From positions 310,001 to 374,000 of the forward strand of contig NW_013657671.1 of NCBI RefSeq assembly GCF_000142905.1: 64,000 nt of DNA, read 5' to 3'. Within the stretch, counting starts at the first letter, position 1. The number at the start of each line of letters is the position of its first letter. The position numbers and the translations under genes are program-made. Shown in pieces: positions 33,240 through 44,302 of the stretch. The DNA comes from Thecamonas trahens ATCC 50062. Its lineage: Eukaryota; Protista; Apusomonadida. The notes beneath the pieces were generated by a model, which saw only the letters and a list, made by a program, of their open reading frames with translations, ran no database searches and was not told the origin of the DNA.

Positions 33240-34598
33240 CTAGTCGAGAGAAGGCGGATTGAGCGGACGCCATGTGGGGCGAGCGTGGACGGACGGCAGC
33301 ATGTTGAGGTAGGCGCCGTCGGGCGACGAGGTATTGACGCATCGCTCACCAAAGACCAGATTCTGGATGTCAATGAGGGTGTAGGCCCAAAAGTCGTCAA
33401 GCGAGCGGGCAGTGCCGAGGGCATCGGCAGGCGGGATGGGAAGGTCGAGGTGGATGGACTCGGCGGGCGAGAGCGGGGCACCGAGCAGGTGCTTTGCCTT
33501 GGCAGCCGACTTGTGGGTGAGGATAGCGGCGCTGGACGAGCCGTAAGCGGCCGAGGTGTAGACCGATCCGGACTTGCGGCCGGCGTACTTGTGGTAGACA
33601 ACGTTGGACGAGGGAGCGAAGATGTCGATGCCGTGGGTGAACAGTCGCGCGGCATGCAACAGCTCCTCGCCGTGGAACAAAAAGTTGAGATCAGAAACGT
33701 ACGGTACAGCGCGCCAGACAGAAGCCCGCGAGAACGAGAGACCGGCGGCCCAGAGGCCCGACCACTTTGCGACGCGGACGGTGGGCGCAAAGCCCATGGC
33801 TTGATGAAAGGTGAGCCTGATGTTCGGCTCGATGAACGAGATGCAGTTGACGGCGGCGTCAGCACCCAGCGCCGAGGCATGTGCGTCCTTGGCGGCGGCG
33901 CGGACAGTGCAGTGCAGCTCGTCGTCGCAGGCGGTCATGTCGGCCGAGTACTCGTTGGGGTACGAAGAGATGACGGCGTGATCGAGACCGTCGGTGCAGT
34001 CGTGATGGCGGTTGTGAAGCTCGGCAGCCTCATTCAGCATGCGAATGAGCGCAGTGTCCCAGTGGGGACCAAAGACAGTGTGGGAGTCGATCTGCATGTA
34101 GTACGCGTCGTTGCCGTGCAGGAGGCTGGTTGCCATCGCACGCGCCACTGCTGGTCCGCGCGAGTCGGCCTCGGAGACGCGGATCTCGCGGAGGAAGCCT
34201 GAACAGTCGAACGGACCGGGCTTTGGGCACCCAGTGGCGACACGGATCTCATCGCCATACAGTCGCTCCAGCGCCTGGGCGCACGGCTCGAAGGAGGCTG
34301 CGTCGGGCTCGCCATCGGGCTCACTGGCGACGCCCTGGTCAACGAGGCCGAAAACAACCCGCTGTGGACGACGGGCGGCGAGCAGAGCCGAGGCAAGGGT
34401 GAGCGGGCAGAGCGGATCGCGGAATGAGGCGACCGAGACAAAGATGACGTCCTTGCGTGCATCCATGGCGTCGTTCTCACTCGCACTCGCCCCACCTCCA
34501 GCTTGCCGCGTGCCTGATAGAGGAGCAGGCGCAAGGAGGACCATGTTGAGTGCGCCGACGAAGAGAACCGCGCCAAGAACGGCCACCAGTTTACGCAT
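33240..34598 (-). CDS. GT60-family alpha-GlcNAc transferase (Gnt1/Gnt2-like), type II membrane protein
   Basis: IFVSVASFRDPLC, GPAVAR, YYMQIDSHTVF..WD, LWAAGLSFS and FLFHGEE..AARLFTHG. N-terminal signal anchor from ATG 34598. Confidence 0.9.
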   Translation of the reverse strand: MRKLVAVLGAVLFVGALNMVLLAPAPLSGTRQAGGGASASENDAMDARKDVIFVSVASFRDPLCPLTLASALLAARRPQRVVFGLVDQGVASEPDGEPDAASFEPCAQALERLYGDEIRVATGCPKPGPFDCSGFLREIRVSEADSRGPAVARAMATSLLHGNDAYYMQIDSHTVFGPHWDTALIRMLNEAAELHNRHHDCTDGLDHAVISSYPNEYSADMTACDDELHCTVRAAAKDAHASALGADAAVNCISFIEPNIRLTFHQAMGFAPTVRVAKWSGLWAAGLSFSRASVWRAVPYVSDLNFLFHGEELLHAARLFTHGIDIFAPSSNVVYHKYAGRKSGSVYTSAAYGSSSAAILTHKSAAKAKHLLGAPLSPAESIHLDLPIPPADALGTARSLDDFWAYTLIDIQNLVFGERCVNTSSPDGAYLNMLPSVHARPTWRPLNPPSLD

Positions 34599-34975
34599 GA
34601 GTGAGAGAAGGGGGAGAACTGTTTGTCCCTCTCCCTCTCCCTCTCCCTGTACACTGGTGGCGGCGTGACTGGTAGGCAGAGAGACAGAGACACAGACAGC
34701 GGCAGCGGCGGTCGCGACTCGTTGGCGGAATGAGCCCAGTTGGAGCGAATTGAAGGCATGAGCAATGATTTTAGTTGTTGATTGATGATGCGTTTGGCGG
34801 TTGGCGGCGGATGGCGGCGAGGAGCCAACAGCCAAACAGCTGACAGCGACAAAGCAGGCGGCGAGGAGAGCAACGGGCGGCACACCCCACCAGCAGAAGC
34901 AGCGGCAGTAGCGGGACTAGCCCCACACCAGACTAGCCACCAAGCACAACCGCCCTCTCTCACCCCCTCTCCACC

Positions 34976-36514
34976 ATGCCCCGCCGCAAACGGCTGCGGC
35001 TGGAGAACATGAGCCCCGAGGAGCGCGAGGCGTACGAGGCCGGCCTGCGGGCAAAGGCGGCGCAGGAGGCCAGGGCCAAGGAGACTGTGTTGCGAAAGGC
35101 GCTGGAGGCACGACTGGCGGAGGAGGCCGAGTTTTCGGCAACAAACAAGCTCAAGATTCAGGCGTCGTGGCGCGAGGTCATGCGCGAGGCCAAGGTCAAG
35201 GAGCTCCGGTCCGAGGTGGCCGTGCTGGCACAGAGCTACGAGCGCGAGGCCGACCGCAAGGACGCGATCATCAACATGCTGATGGTGGACCTGGACGAGT
35301 CCGAGGAGCAGTACCAGACGGCAGTGCGGGCGCATCTGAGCTCGGTCTCTTCGCTCATTGGAGTGCACGACGAGCGGCTGGCGCTGCTGGAGCGTGCGTT
35401 TGAGGAGGAGCTTGCCCAGCTCCGCGGCGACTTTGACCAGGAGCGGTCCGAGGCGATCGAGGTGCACAAGGTGGAAGTGCGCGAGCTCAAGGACATCATG
35501 GCGGCAATGGAGGAGGAGTTCCGCGAGACGGAGCACTCGATCACGACGTTCCACCGCAACTACATGGACGAGCTGAAGCGGAACCACGATGAGGAGCTGG
35601 CGACGATGTCGTCGCAGCTGCGGACCAACGTGCTTGAGCTGTACTCGGCATTCCGCCACGCCATGGACAACTACAACGCACACACCAACGCGCGGCAGAA
35701 CAAGTTCAAGACGGACAAGAAGCAGGATAAGAAGAATGCCGAGCTCATTGCCAAGAACCACCGGCTCATCCGGCGGTTGCAGACGCTCAAGGATCAGATC
35801 AAAGCCAAAATTGCTACCAACGAGCGTGAGTTTTCGGAGCGCAACAAGGCATTGCTGGAAGAAAAGAACGCGGTGGCCAAGCACTTTCTCAAGCTCAAGA
35901 ACCGGATGAACAAGTTCCGGTCCGACGAGCGGCGGCGGCTGACAGACCTCACCATCCACTCGGAGGCGTGCATTAACCGGCTGAAGGAGAAGCTCGAGCT
36001 TGCCGAAGCCATCCTCAACCTTGCCGAGATCAACCGCAAGCTGGAGACCGAGGAGGAGAAGGTGCTCCCGTTCTACGCGTCGACCCACGACGCTGCCGCC
36101 TCCTCTGGCGCGCCCTCCGCCTCGGCCGCTGCGCCGCAGGCCGCGGCCCAGCCGCTGCATCCCGACGTGGCTCAGCTGATGAGCTCCATGCAACTCTCGT
36201 CGGCCTCGATGAATGACTCGGAGTGGGAGTACCTCGAGAACTTTTACAAGCGCTATAACAAGGTCCTGCTCGACAAGATGGCGCTCGCCAACGAAAAGGC
36301 CAAGCTCTCCAACGAGAACGCCAACCTCAAGCTCATCCTGCAAAAGTACCTCGACGGCATTTCCGTCAACCCAGAGGTTATCGAGGCCGACAACCCGCTG
36401 CTCATCGTCAACGGCGACGCCAACTTTGACCGCCCGCGGCCCGAGCCCGGCGCCGTCATTCCGGTTACCGAGCTGCAGACCCTGGTTGTGGCGCAGCGGA
36501 TGACGAATGCGTAG
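34976..36514 (+). CDS. CCDC65: Dynein regulatory complex subunit 2
   Basis: KIQASWREVMREAKVKELR..SYEREADRKDAII, ETEEEKVLPFY and LENFYKRYNKVLLD..LKLILQKYLDGISV..NPLLIVN. Confidence 0.92.
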   Translation: MPRRKRLRLENMSPEEREAYEAGLRAKAAQEARAKETVLRKALEARLAEEAEFSATNKLKIQASWREVMREAKVKELRSEVAVLAQSYEREADRKDAIINMLMVDLDESEEQYQTAVRAHLSSVSSLIGVHDERLALLERAFEEELAQLRGDFDQERSEAIEVHKVEVRELKDIMAAMEEEFRETEHSITTFHRNYMDELKRNHDEELATMSSQLRTNVLELYSAFRHAMDNYNAHTNARQNKFKTDKKQDKKNAELIAKNHRLIRRLQTLKDQIKAKIATNEREFSERNKALLEEKNAVAKHFLKLKNRMNKFRSDERRRLTDLTIHSEACINRLKEKLELAEAILNLAEINRKLETEEEKVLPFYASTHDAAASSGAPSASAAAPQAAAQPLHPDVAQLMSSMQLSSASMNDSEWEYLENFYKRYNKVLLDKMALANEKAKLSNENANLKLILQKYLDGISVNPEVIEADNPLLIVNGDANFDRPRPEPGAVIPVTELQTLVVAQRMTNA

Positions 36515-36537
36515 TCTGGCAGGTCCCGACAAGGTGT

Positions 36538-37533
36538 TCATTTGGGGAAGAGCTTAACAACCCAAAAGACGCCCATAAACGCGGCTACCACAAAGAGAAC
36601 CATGACGCAAGTCATCGACGAGCACGATAACAAGCTCGAGGTGATCGAGCTCACGCGCGCGTTGAGCTTATCGGTCGCGGCCAGGGCAGCATCGACCTGG
36701 GTGTCGACGTTCTCGAGCCGTTGGAGGTCAGCGCGGATGGCCGAGCGCGTCGCCAGTGACTGCGCTTTCATCTCTGCTGCCATCTCGCGCATTGCAGCCA
36801 AATGATCGTCCTGCTCACCGCGCGAGCCCTCGAGCAGCTGTTCCAGGTCGACATCGTCGTCGTCGTCGCTTTGTGCCACGGCGGATGCGGAGGCAACTTC
36901 ACGTAGACCGCTGCCGTCATCCCCATCGCCCGTGTCGTGACTTCCTAGCAGCTGGCTCCGCGGCGAGGCCGCAGTCGCCGGCGGCAGCGGCAGCTCACCG
37001 CGGCTGGGCGAGTGCATCAGCTCGTCGCGGAGGATCTGCTCGGCGACATGGCGCTGTCGGGCGGCCTCGGCCTGCAGCTGCATATCAGGACCGAGCTCAG
37101 GATGAACAGCAAGTCCATCAGACGATGGCGCACGCGGGCGGCCGCCGCCACCATGCGGCAGAGCGCCAGCCGCATCAGTGCCGACAGGCGACGGCGCGAT
37201 GCTCTCCAAGAACGCCAGCGTCCGTTCGTAGCCGACCAGGCGTTCCTCGAGCTCAACCATGACCAGCGGGTCATCAAGTGCATGGGCAGCCTCGCCCTTG
37301 CCGGAAACAACATACTCGCGGAGCTCGTCAAGGCCACGCCGTGCTCGTGCGAGCAGATGACCATACCGGGTGCGGATGACAGCCAGGAGGGAGGCATCGG
37401 CCACCGGCGCAAGAGCCACCTCCTGGGCATGCCCGAGCACCCGGGCCACATTGACCTCGGGCGGTGGCCGCAGCGGGCCGCCATACGCTCGACGACTGTC
37501 TCTGTCGCTGCTTGCGCTCCTGGCCCGCACCAT
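36538..37533 (-). CDS. USE1: USE1-like ER Qc-SNARE
   Basis: SNARE helix QDDHLAAMREMAAEMKAQS..IRADLQRL, followed by a C-terminal TM ending KLFPK. Confidence 0.75.
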   Translation of the reverse strand: MVRARSASSDRDSRRAYGGPLRPPPEVNVARVLGHAQEVALAPVADASLLAVIRTRYGHLLARARRGLDELREYVVSGKGEAAHALDDPLVMVELEERLVGYERTLAFLESIAPSPVGTDAAGALPHGGGGRPRAPSSDGLAVHPELGPDMQLQAEAARQRHVAEQILRDELMHSPSRGELPLPPATAASPRSQLLGSHDTGDGDDGSGLREVASASAVAQSDDDDDVDLEQLLEGSRGEQDDHLAAMREMAAEMKAQSLATRSAIRADLQRLENVDTQVDAALAATDKLNARVSSITSSLLSCSSMTCVMVLFVVAAFMGVFWVVKLFPK

Positions 37534-37724
37534 ATCGAGAGAGGTGATGGGCCGTGGCCGTGAGCTTTGACGTCCCGGGGGGNNNNNNNNNNNNNNNNNN
37601 NNNNNNNNNNNNNNNNNNNNNNNNNNNNNNNNNNNNNNNNNNNNNNNNNNNNNNNNNNNNNNNNNNNNNNNNNNNNNNNNNNTTGACCATAATCATGACA
37701 AAGTTGTCACGGGTGTGTGCTTAG

Positions 37725-38105
37725 ATCGTGTCCTGCTATCGAGGTATGCTGCGAGTGCCGCGGGAACTAGCAGACGTGTCTTGGTTCTACGGAGTGACCC
37801 AACACGGGGCTTTCTCCATCGAGTGCGGCTTGTGCTCGGTGCACGGACGTAGCTGCCCTGCGACAAGATTCAGGGTCAAGGCTCGGCGCAGGTCCGACGT
37901 CTGTCGGGCCCGCCATGCCTTCCAGCTCCGGGTCTTTGCCATCATCGGTGCCGTCGGACTGGCCGTGGCGATCTGGCGCATGATCCGAGACCGCATCGTC
38001 GTCTCCACGCCGGAGCTGAGAACGATTTGGCGAGTGCTGCAGCCGGCCAAGAGCACTAGGACAACGACGCGCTCGACCACATTGAGAAAGTGCGCGCTTA
38101 TATGA
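37725..38105 (+). CDS. Possible terminal exon of a small TM protein ending in a CaaX motif (CALI)
   Basis: Open frame after a candidate TTAG acceptor next to a gap. One hydrophobic segment, and the frame ends KCALI-stop. Confidence 0.3.
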   Translation: MVSCYRGMLRVPRELADVSWFYGVTQHGAFSIECGLCSVHGRSCPATRFRVKARRRSDVCRARHAFQLRVFAIIGAVGLAVAIWRMIRDRIVVSTPELRTIWRVLQPAKSTRTTTRSTTLRKCALI

Positions 38106-38341
38106 TGAGCCACTTCCCCGGGAGCCGCAGGCATGTGGCGGGTGGGTGGCGGGTGGCAGCAGCTGGCCGCAGCTGGCGGGTGGCGGCGGGTGGCGGCGGG
38201 TAGCAGCTGCATCCGTACAAAAATTCAAACTTTTCGCAGGCGCGGACGACGACCAACGGCGTGGGGTGCGGGAGAAGGCAAAAGGTGTGGGGTGGCATCA
38301 CCGCACTACGAGGAGAGCGCAGAGAAGGCAGTTGGTTGAAG

Positions 38342-40846
38342 ATGCAGCACTCTGGAGGCTTTCGTACTCCTGTGCGTGGAACGCCTGCTCGTGGTCCACG
38401 TGGCACCCCCTCGGTGTACTACACCCCTCCGGCCCGATTTGCGTCTTCGCCCTTTGCCTCCCGCGCCGACCGGACGCCCTCTACGCCCCTCCGCGTCCTT
38501 GGCGACGCAACCAATGCCCGCGCCACTCCGCGTGCAGGTGAGAATGCCAAGCCGGTGCCACCTCCTGCCAAGGATCCGCGTTCTGTTCAGCCCGAGAACG
38601 ACATGGTCCTGCTGCTCGATGCCGCACTCGCCCGTGAGCGGGCGCTCGAGGCCGAGCTGGCGGCGGCGCGCGCCGATGCTGCCGCTGCACAGGCCAAGGT
38701 AGCTGAGGAGTACGAGACTCAGCTGGAAGCAGCACGCGTCGATGCTGCCGCTGTGAAGGCCAGGGCGGCCGAGGAGTACGATGCGCTGTACAACGAGTAC
38801 GTGGACATGCTCGCTGAGCGCGAAAAGGGCGAGCGGGCCGAGGTCCGCAACCGCGCTCTCCAGATGCAGAACTGGGTCTCCAACTACGAGACCGACATCA
38901 CGTCATCGGCGCTTCAGGTAGTGAGCCTGCAAAACGAGCTCGGCGAGCTCGAGTCAGAGATCTTCACCGCCCGCCTCCGCGAGCTCGACATCCACCAGCT
39001 CCGCAATTTGGTGACCAAGGCTTGGGCCGACCTCGCCACGCTCAACGCCGCCCACACCAAGCTCAAGGCCGAAACCTCGGCCTCGCTTGACTCAGTCTCG
39101 GCCTCGCTGCAGGCCTTTGCCACCGCGGCCGTCACCTCGGCCGCCGATTCGGGCCTCTTTGCCGAGCCACGCCCAATCACAACGTCGGCTGAGACACAGA
39201 CGGTCGCGCCGCCTGCGACCGCAACCACTGCGGTCCAGGTGAGTCCGGATCCGCCGGCGCCGCAAAGCCTGACCATGTCGGGCCCGCTTGCAGTCGAGAG
39301 CGTCAAGGCGAAGGCGCTGCCGGTGTCGCGGATCCCGCGGCCGGGCGGGTGCAACTGCAAAGGCAAGCTGAGGAAGGCTCTGGCCCAGCTCGAGCTTGTC
39401 AACACCAAGTACCAGGCTGAGTTTGCGCGCCGGCGCAAAATCCACGATGAGCTCGTCGAGCTGCGTGGCAACATGCGGGTCTTTGCCCGTGTCCGGCCGG
39501 TCCTGCCCGCCGAGGCGGCGTCTGGCGGCACCTCGATTGTGGAGGTACCCGACGAGGAGACGCTGGTCATTGCCCCGCTTGCGTCGAACAAGCGGCCCCG
39601 GACCTTTGAGTTTGACAACGTGTTTGGGCCACAGGCGTCGCAGGACGAGGTCTTTGACTACGTCGACCCGCTCGTCACCTCGCTGCTGGACGGCAAGAAT
39701 GTCTCCATCCTGGCCTACGGCCAGACCGGCTCCGGCAAGACGTACACCATGCAGGGACCGCCTGACGCACCGGGCATGATCCCACGCTCACTGGGCAAGC
39801 TCTTTGACCTCATCAACGCCGACGATGCCGATGCCGACGTCTCGTACGCGCTTCAGGCCTCGGTCATCGAGATCTACAACGGCGAGTTCCGCGATCTCCT
39901 AGTCGAGGACGCTGTGACGGCGGCGGCCGGCTACGGCGCAGCCCGCCCTTCTGCAGCGTTTGCTTCACCGGCGCGCGCGTGCTCACCGGCGCGCGCGCCG
40001 GGCACGCCGGACGTGACGGCTTCGCCGCGCATTGACCTCATGACTCGCACGCCGTCGACACCGTCGACGCCGCGTACGCCGCGGAGGCGCAGTGCTAGAA
40101 GTGCACCGGCTCCCACTGAAGCCGATGGCATGACACGGACCACGTCAGTGACGGTCGAGTTCAAGGGCGTGTCGGCCGAGCCTGTGGCGTCGATGGCTGA
40201 TGTTGAGGGCCTGCTTGTCCGGGCCGAGGCCGCGCGGGCCAAGGCGTCGACGTCGATGAACGAGCGGTCGTCGCGCTCGCACCTCCTTGTGCAGCTGATG
40301 GTGGAGAAGACCAACATGCGGACGAAGACAATTCACACCTCCAAGATGGTGCTCGTCGATCTGGCCGGCTCCGAGTGCGTGGGTGCGTCCGGCGTCAAGG
40401 GCATCAACCTGCGTGAGGCCAAGCACATCAATCGCTCGCTTTCGGCCCTCGCTGACGTCCTGGCCGCAATCCGGGCCGGAGCACCGCACATCCCGTTCCG
40501 CAACTCCAAGCTGACCCAGGCGCTCTCGGACTCGCTTGCAGGTAACGCCAAGGTCCTGCTCTTTGTCAACATTGCGCCGCTCGAGCAGTTCCTCGTGGAG
40601 GCCTCCCACTCGGCGGCGTTTGGCTCGTCGGCGCGGCGCATCATTGTGCAGCAGGCAACGAGCGGCACGGCAGCGAGCTCGCCGGCGCCGGCGAGCTCGA
40701 GCAAGGAGCCGGCAACCGCCCCAGCCTCACCGAGCAGGCTCGCCGGCTCTCCGGCGGGGGGTGACGAGGCGCGGGCCTCGCCGCTCCGGCGGAAGGTGCT
40801 GACCAAGCGCCGCAAGCCGACGACGCCGCCGGACTTTGTGTTCTAG
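38342..40846 (+). CDS. Kinesin-14 (C-terminal motor, minus-end-directed type)
   Basis: Neck ELRGNMRVFARVRP, P-loop AYGQTGSGKT, switch I NERSSRSH, switch II LVDLAGSE and HIPFRNSKLT. N-terminal coiled coil. Confidence 0.95.
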   Translation: MQHSGGFRTPVRGTPARGPRGTPSVYYTPPARFASSPFASRADRTPSTPLRVLGDATNARATPRAGENAKPVPPPAKDPRSVQPENDMVLLLDAALARERALEAELAAARADAAAAQAKVAEEYETQLEAARVDAAAVKARAAEEYDALYNEYVDMLAEREKGERAEVRNRALQMQNWVSNYETDITSSALQVVSLQNELGELESEIFTARLRELDIHQLRNLVTKAWADLATLNAAHTKLKAETSASLDSVSASLQAFATAAVTSAADSGLFAEPRPITTSAETQTVAPPATATTAVQVSPDPPAPQSLTMSGPLAVESVKAKALPVSRIPRPGGCNCKGKLRKALAQLELVNTKYQAEFARRRKIHDELVELRGNMRVFARVRPVLPAEAASGGTSIVEVPDEETLVIAPLASNKRPRTFEFDNVFGPQASQDEVFDYVDPLVTSLLDGKNVSILAYGQTGSGKTYTMQGPPDAPGMIPRSLGKLFDLINADDADADVSYALQASVIEIYNGEFRDLLVEDAVTAAAGYGAARPSAAFASPARACSPARAPGTPDVTASPRIDLMTRTPSTPSTPRTPRRRSARSAPAPTEADGMTRTTSVTVEFKGVSAEPVASMADVEGLLVRAEAARAKASTSMNERSSRSHLLVQLMVEKTNMRTKTIHTSKMVLVDLAGSECVGASGVKGINLREAKHINRSLSALADVLAAIRAGAPHIPFRNSKLTQALSDSLAGNAKVLLFVNIAPLEQFLVEASHSAAFGSSARRIIVQQATSGTAASSPAPASSSKEPATAPASPSRLAGSPAGGDEARASPLRRKVLTKRRKPTTPPDFVF

Positions 40847-40923
40847 TCTCTGATAATGAAGACGATCGAGTGTACAGTATCTACCGTGTGGCGTAGCCTG
40901 GCTGACAGAAGTGACTAGGAACT

Positions 40924-42088
40924 TCATTCCTGGCTAGCAGCGGCATCGGGTGCCGATGCACGTTCGGAGGCGGTTGGACTCGCGTCGGCCGGCGATGCAG
41001 CAGCGTCTGCGTCTGCCGGCGGGGTGGAGATGGTCACAATGTCCGAGTGCGACGAGAGCCCGACATCATTCTGAGCTTGCACGCGAAAGTGGTAGGTGGT
41101 GTCGGGCGTGAGGCCGTCCTCGGTCCACTCATAGGCGAGGCCGCCGATGATGGCGGTCCAGTCTTCGGGTGTGCCCGTGGCGCGAGTGACCTTGAACTTG
41201 CGGATGGGCAAGAGTGTGGCATCGCTGGCAGGCGACGGCGGGTCAGCCCACGAGAGGTGGATCGAGGTTGGCGAGAGCACCTTGCACACCGGCGGATCGG
41301 GCTTGTTGGGCACGGGCCCGCCCTTGGACGGATCCGAGACGAGGATAAAGACAGACTCTGCGAGGCGGATGACATCCGAGTGGTTGAGCGGGTGCTTGGT
41401 GTTCTTGCGGACGTGAATCCAGCCCTCGTCGCTGTCGAGGTCGGCGGCCGAGACCGGCCCGCGCTTGACAAATGTGCCCGATGCCGACAAGTCCTCGATC
41501 GAGTGCGAACGCTCAAGGCGGATGCGACAGTGCGCGCGCGAGACCGATGACGTCGAGTCCTTAACTACCATGATTTCGTTGGTACACTCGGGCTGCTTCT
41601 TGTTCCGCCGGCCGATGGTCATGTCGCGGAAGCGCATAAGGAAGGTCTTGCCGGCCGACTCGCCGCGGATGACCTCCAACACCAGCTGCCGCTGGACCAT
41701 GAGTTGGGTCAGCTCCTGGATGGAAAGGACCGTAAAGATGACAGATCCACACTTGATCTGCGAGCCCTCATGCAGCGTCCGCCCGGCCTTCTTTCGCTGC
41801 GACGGGGACTGCTCGGCCGTGCCGATGCAAAGCCACTCCTTGTCGGCCTCGCCGTACTTTTTGAAGAACGTGCCCGAATTGGATCCTGCGTCCATGACGT
41901 AGTATGACTCGGACTTGACATCGTACCGAAGAACGCAGTGCTTCTTCTCCAGATCGCCTTGACCGTGATCTCGCACCCCTTCCGCCCAATGTACGACTTT
42001 TCCGCCTTTGAGTCGTGGATGACGGAACGCTCTTCATCGCCAAAGCCCAGCGTGAGCCGGAACTTTCGTGGCTCGATGCCCGCAGCCA
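40924..42088 (-). CDS. FHA-FHA-FN3 protein, 5'-partial, with an apparent frameshift at 41957
   Basis: FHA1: YIGR..KHC..D.GSNSGTF. FHA2: TIGR..VSRAHC..EDLSASGTF. FN3: SIHLSW..GLTPDTTYHFRVQAQNDVG. Confidence 0.8.
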
Positions 42089-43065
42089 CTGTCCATCGAC
42101 GAGCCAGAAGGACCAAGGTGTCCGCCCACACCACCGGCCGCCAACCACGGAGACACACAGTCACATAGAGACACAGACACAGAGTGAGTCACAACACGGG
42201 CACACGTTGTCGTCGACCCACGCTACACCCTCTCCCACACACTCTCCTCTGCCCCCCTCCCCCCCCTCCCCCCTCCCCCCCCCCTCCCCCGTCCTTCTCC
42301 TTCCCCGCTCCTCGCAAGCCATAACAGCGAACACGCCAGCAACCCCCCCCGCCCCTCCACCTCCACCTCCACCTCCACCTCCATACGTACTCCTCTAAAT
42401 CCNNNNNNNNNNNNNNNNNNNNNNNNNNNNNNNNNNNNNNNNNNNNNNNNNNNNNNNNNNNNNNNNNNNNNNNNNNNNNNNNNNNNNNNNNNNNNNNNNN
42501 NNNNNNNNNNNNNNNNNNNNNNNNNNNNNNNNNNNNNNNNNNNNNNNNNNNNNNNNNNNNNNNNNNNNNNNNNNNNNNNNNNNNNNNNNNNNNNNNNNNN
42601 NNNNNNNNNNNNNNNNNNNNNNNNNNNNNNNNNNNNNNNNNNNNNNNNNNNNNNNNNNNNNNNNNNNNNNNNNNNNNNNNNNNNNNNNNNNNNNNNNNNN
42701 NNNNNNNNNNNNNNNNNNNNNNNNNNNNNNNNNNNNNNNNNNNNNNNNNNNNNNNNNNNNNNNNNNNNNNNNNNNNNNNNNNNNNNNNNNNNNNNNNNNN
42801 NNNNNNNNNNNNNNNNNNNNNNNNNNNNNNNNNNNNNNNNNNNNNNNNNNNNNNNNNNNNNNNNNNNNNNNNNNNNNNNNNNNNNNNNNNNNNNNNNNNN
42901 NNNNNNNNNNNNNNNNNNNNNNNNNNNNNNNNNNNNNNNNNNNNNNNNNNNNNNNNNNNNNNNNNNNNNNNNNNNNNNNNNNNNNNNNNNNNNNNNNNNN
43001 NNNNNNNNNNNNNNNNNNNNNNNNNNNNNNNNNNNNNNNNNNNTCCTCCTCCTCCTCCCTCCTCC

Positions 43066-43105
<40 letters not shown>

Positions 43106-43161
43106 CCCCCCCCCCCCCCCCCCCCACCCACTCTCCCTCACCTCCTTCCCCACCTCATTTA

Positions 43162-44241
43162 GTGGCCAAGTCTGCGGCCAAGTCTGTGCTGACGGTCTCG
43201 ACTGCCAACGCAAATGAGTACTCGCCGTTCCCCAACTACCAGTTCACCGGTGAGCTGCGGCCGTACCCCCGCGAGCCGCGGCGGACGGTGCCCGACCACA
43301 TTCCCAAGCCTGATCATGCGCTGGATGGGATTCCTAAGGCCGAGGAGGCGCTCGGCATGTCGACGCAGATTCCGATTATGAGTCCTGAGGACATCGAGCT
43401 CATGCGCGAGGTCTGCCGCATCGGCCGCGAGGTCCTTGACGTTGCCGGGCGGTTCATTGAGGTCGGCGTGACCTGTGATGACATCGACCGTGTCTGCCAC
43501 GAGGCGTGCATCGAGCGTGGAGCGTATCCGTCGCCGCTCAACTATAAGGGCTTCCCGAAGTCTGTCTGCACTTCGGTCAACGAGTGCGTGTGCCACGGTA
43601 TTCCCGACGGGTACACGCTCAAGGACGGCGACATCATCAACGTCGACGTCTCGGTCTACAAGCACGGCTTGCACGCCGACCTCAACGAGACCTTCCTCGT
43701 CGGTAACGTCGACGAGGCTGGCCGCAAGCTCGTCCAGACCACGTACGACTCGCTCGAGGCCGCTATCGCCATGTGCCGCCCGGGTGTCCGCTACCGCGAC
43801 CTCGGCAAGGCCATCACCAAGGTCGCCCACAAGGCCGGCTTCTCGGTCATCCGCACCTTCTGCGGCCACGGCGTCGGTCGCCTCTTCCATGGCAACCCGT
43901 CTATCCCGCACTACAAGAACAACCGTGCTGTCGGCGTCATGAAGCCTGGCCATGTCTTTACCATTGAGCCCATGATCAACGAGGGCACCTATCATGACAA
44001 GATTTGGCCCGACGGCTGGACATGCGTGACCGAGGACGGCAAGCGCTCTGCCCAGTTTGAGCACACCATGCTCATTACCGAGGACGGTGTTGAGGTCCTC
44101 ACCCGCCGCTCCGTCGGCTCGTACATTGACCGCAAGGCCGAGCCGAAGGACGGTGACGCCGCCGCCGCCGCCGCCGCCTCCGCTGACGCCGCCGCCGCTT
44201 CGACTGCCGACGCTGCCGCCGCCTCGACAACTGAGGCCTGA
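43162..44241 (+). CDS. METAP1: Methionine aminopeptidase 1 (5' exon(s) probably in the gap)
   Basis: [51 protein letters not shown] and SAQFEHT. The exon starts after the acceptor TTTAG. Confidence 0.96.
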   Translation: MAKSAAKSVLTVSTANANEYSPFPNYQFTGELRPYPREPRRTVPDHIPKPDHALDGIPKAEEALGMSTQIPIMSPEDIELMREVCRIGREVLDVAGRFIEVGVTCDDIDRVCHEACIERGAYPSPLNYKGFPKSVCTSVNECVCHGIPDGYTLKDGDIINVDVSVYKHGLHADLNETFLVGNVDEAGRKLVQTTYDSLEAAIAMCRPGVRYRDLGKAITKVAHKAGFSVIRTFCGHGVGRLFHGNPSIPHYKNNRAVGVMKPGHVFTIEPMINEGTYHDKIWPDGWTCVTEDGKRSAQFEHTMLITEDGVEVLTRRSVGSYIDRKAEPKDGDAAAAAAASADAAAASTADAAAASTTEA

Positions 44242-44302
44242 TTCACTAAAGCTCCTCCTCCTCACCACTTGCAGTCCCTCTTTTTTAAGCGGACGGTAGA
44301 CT

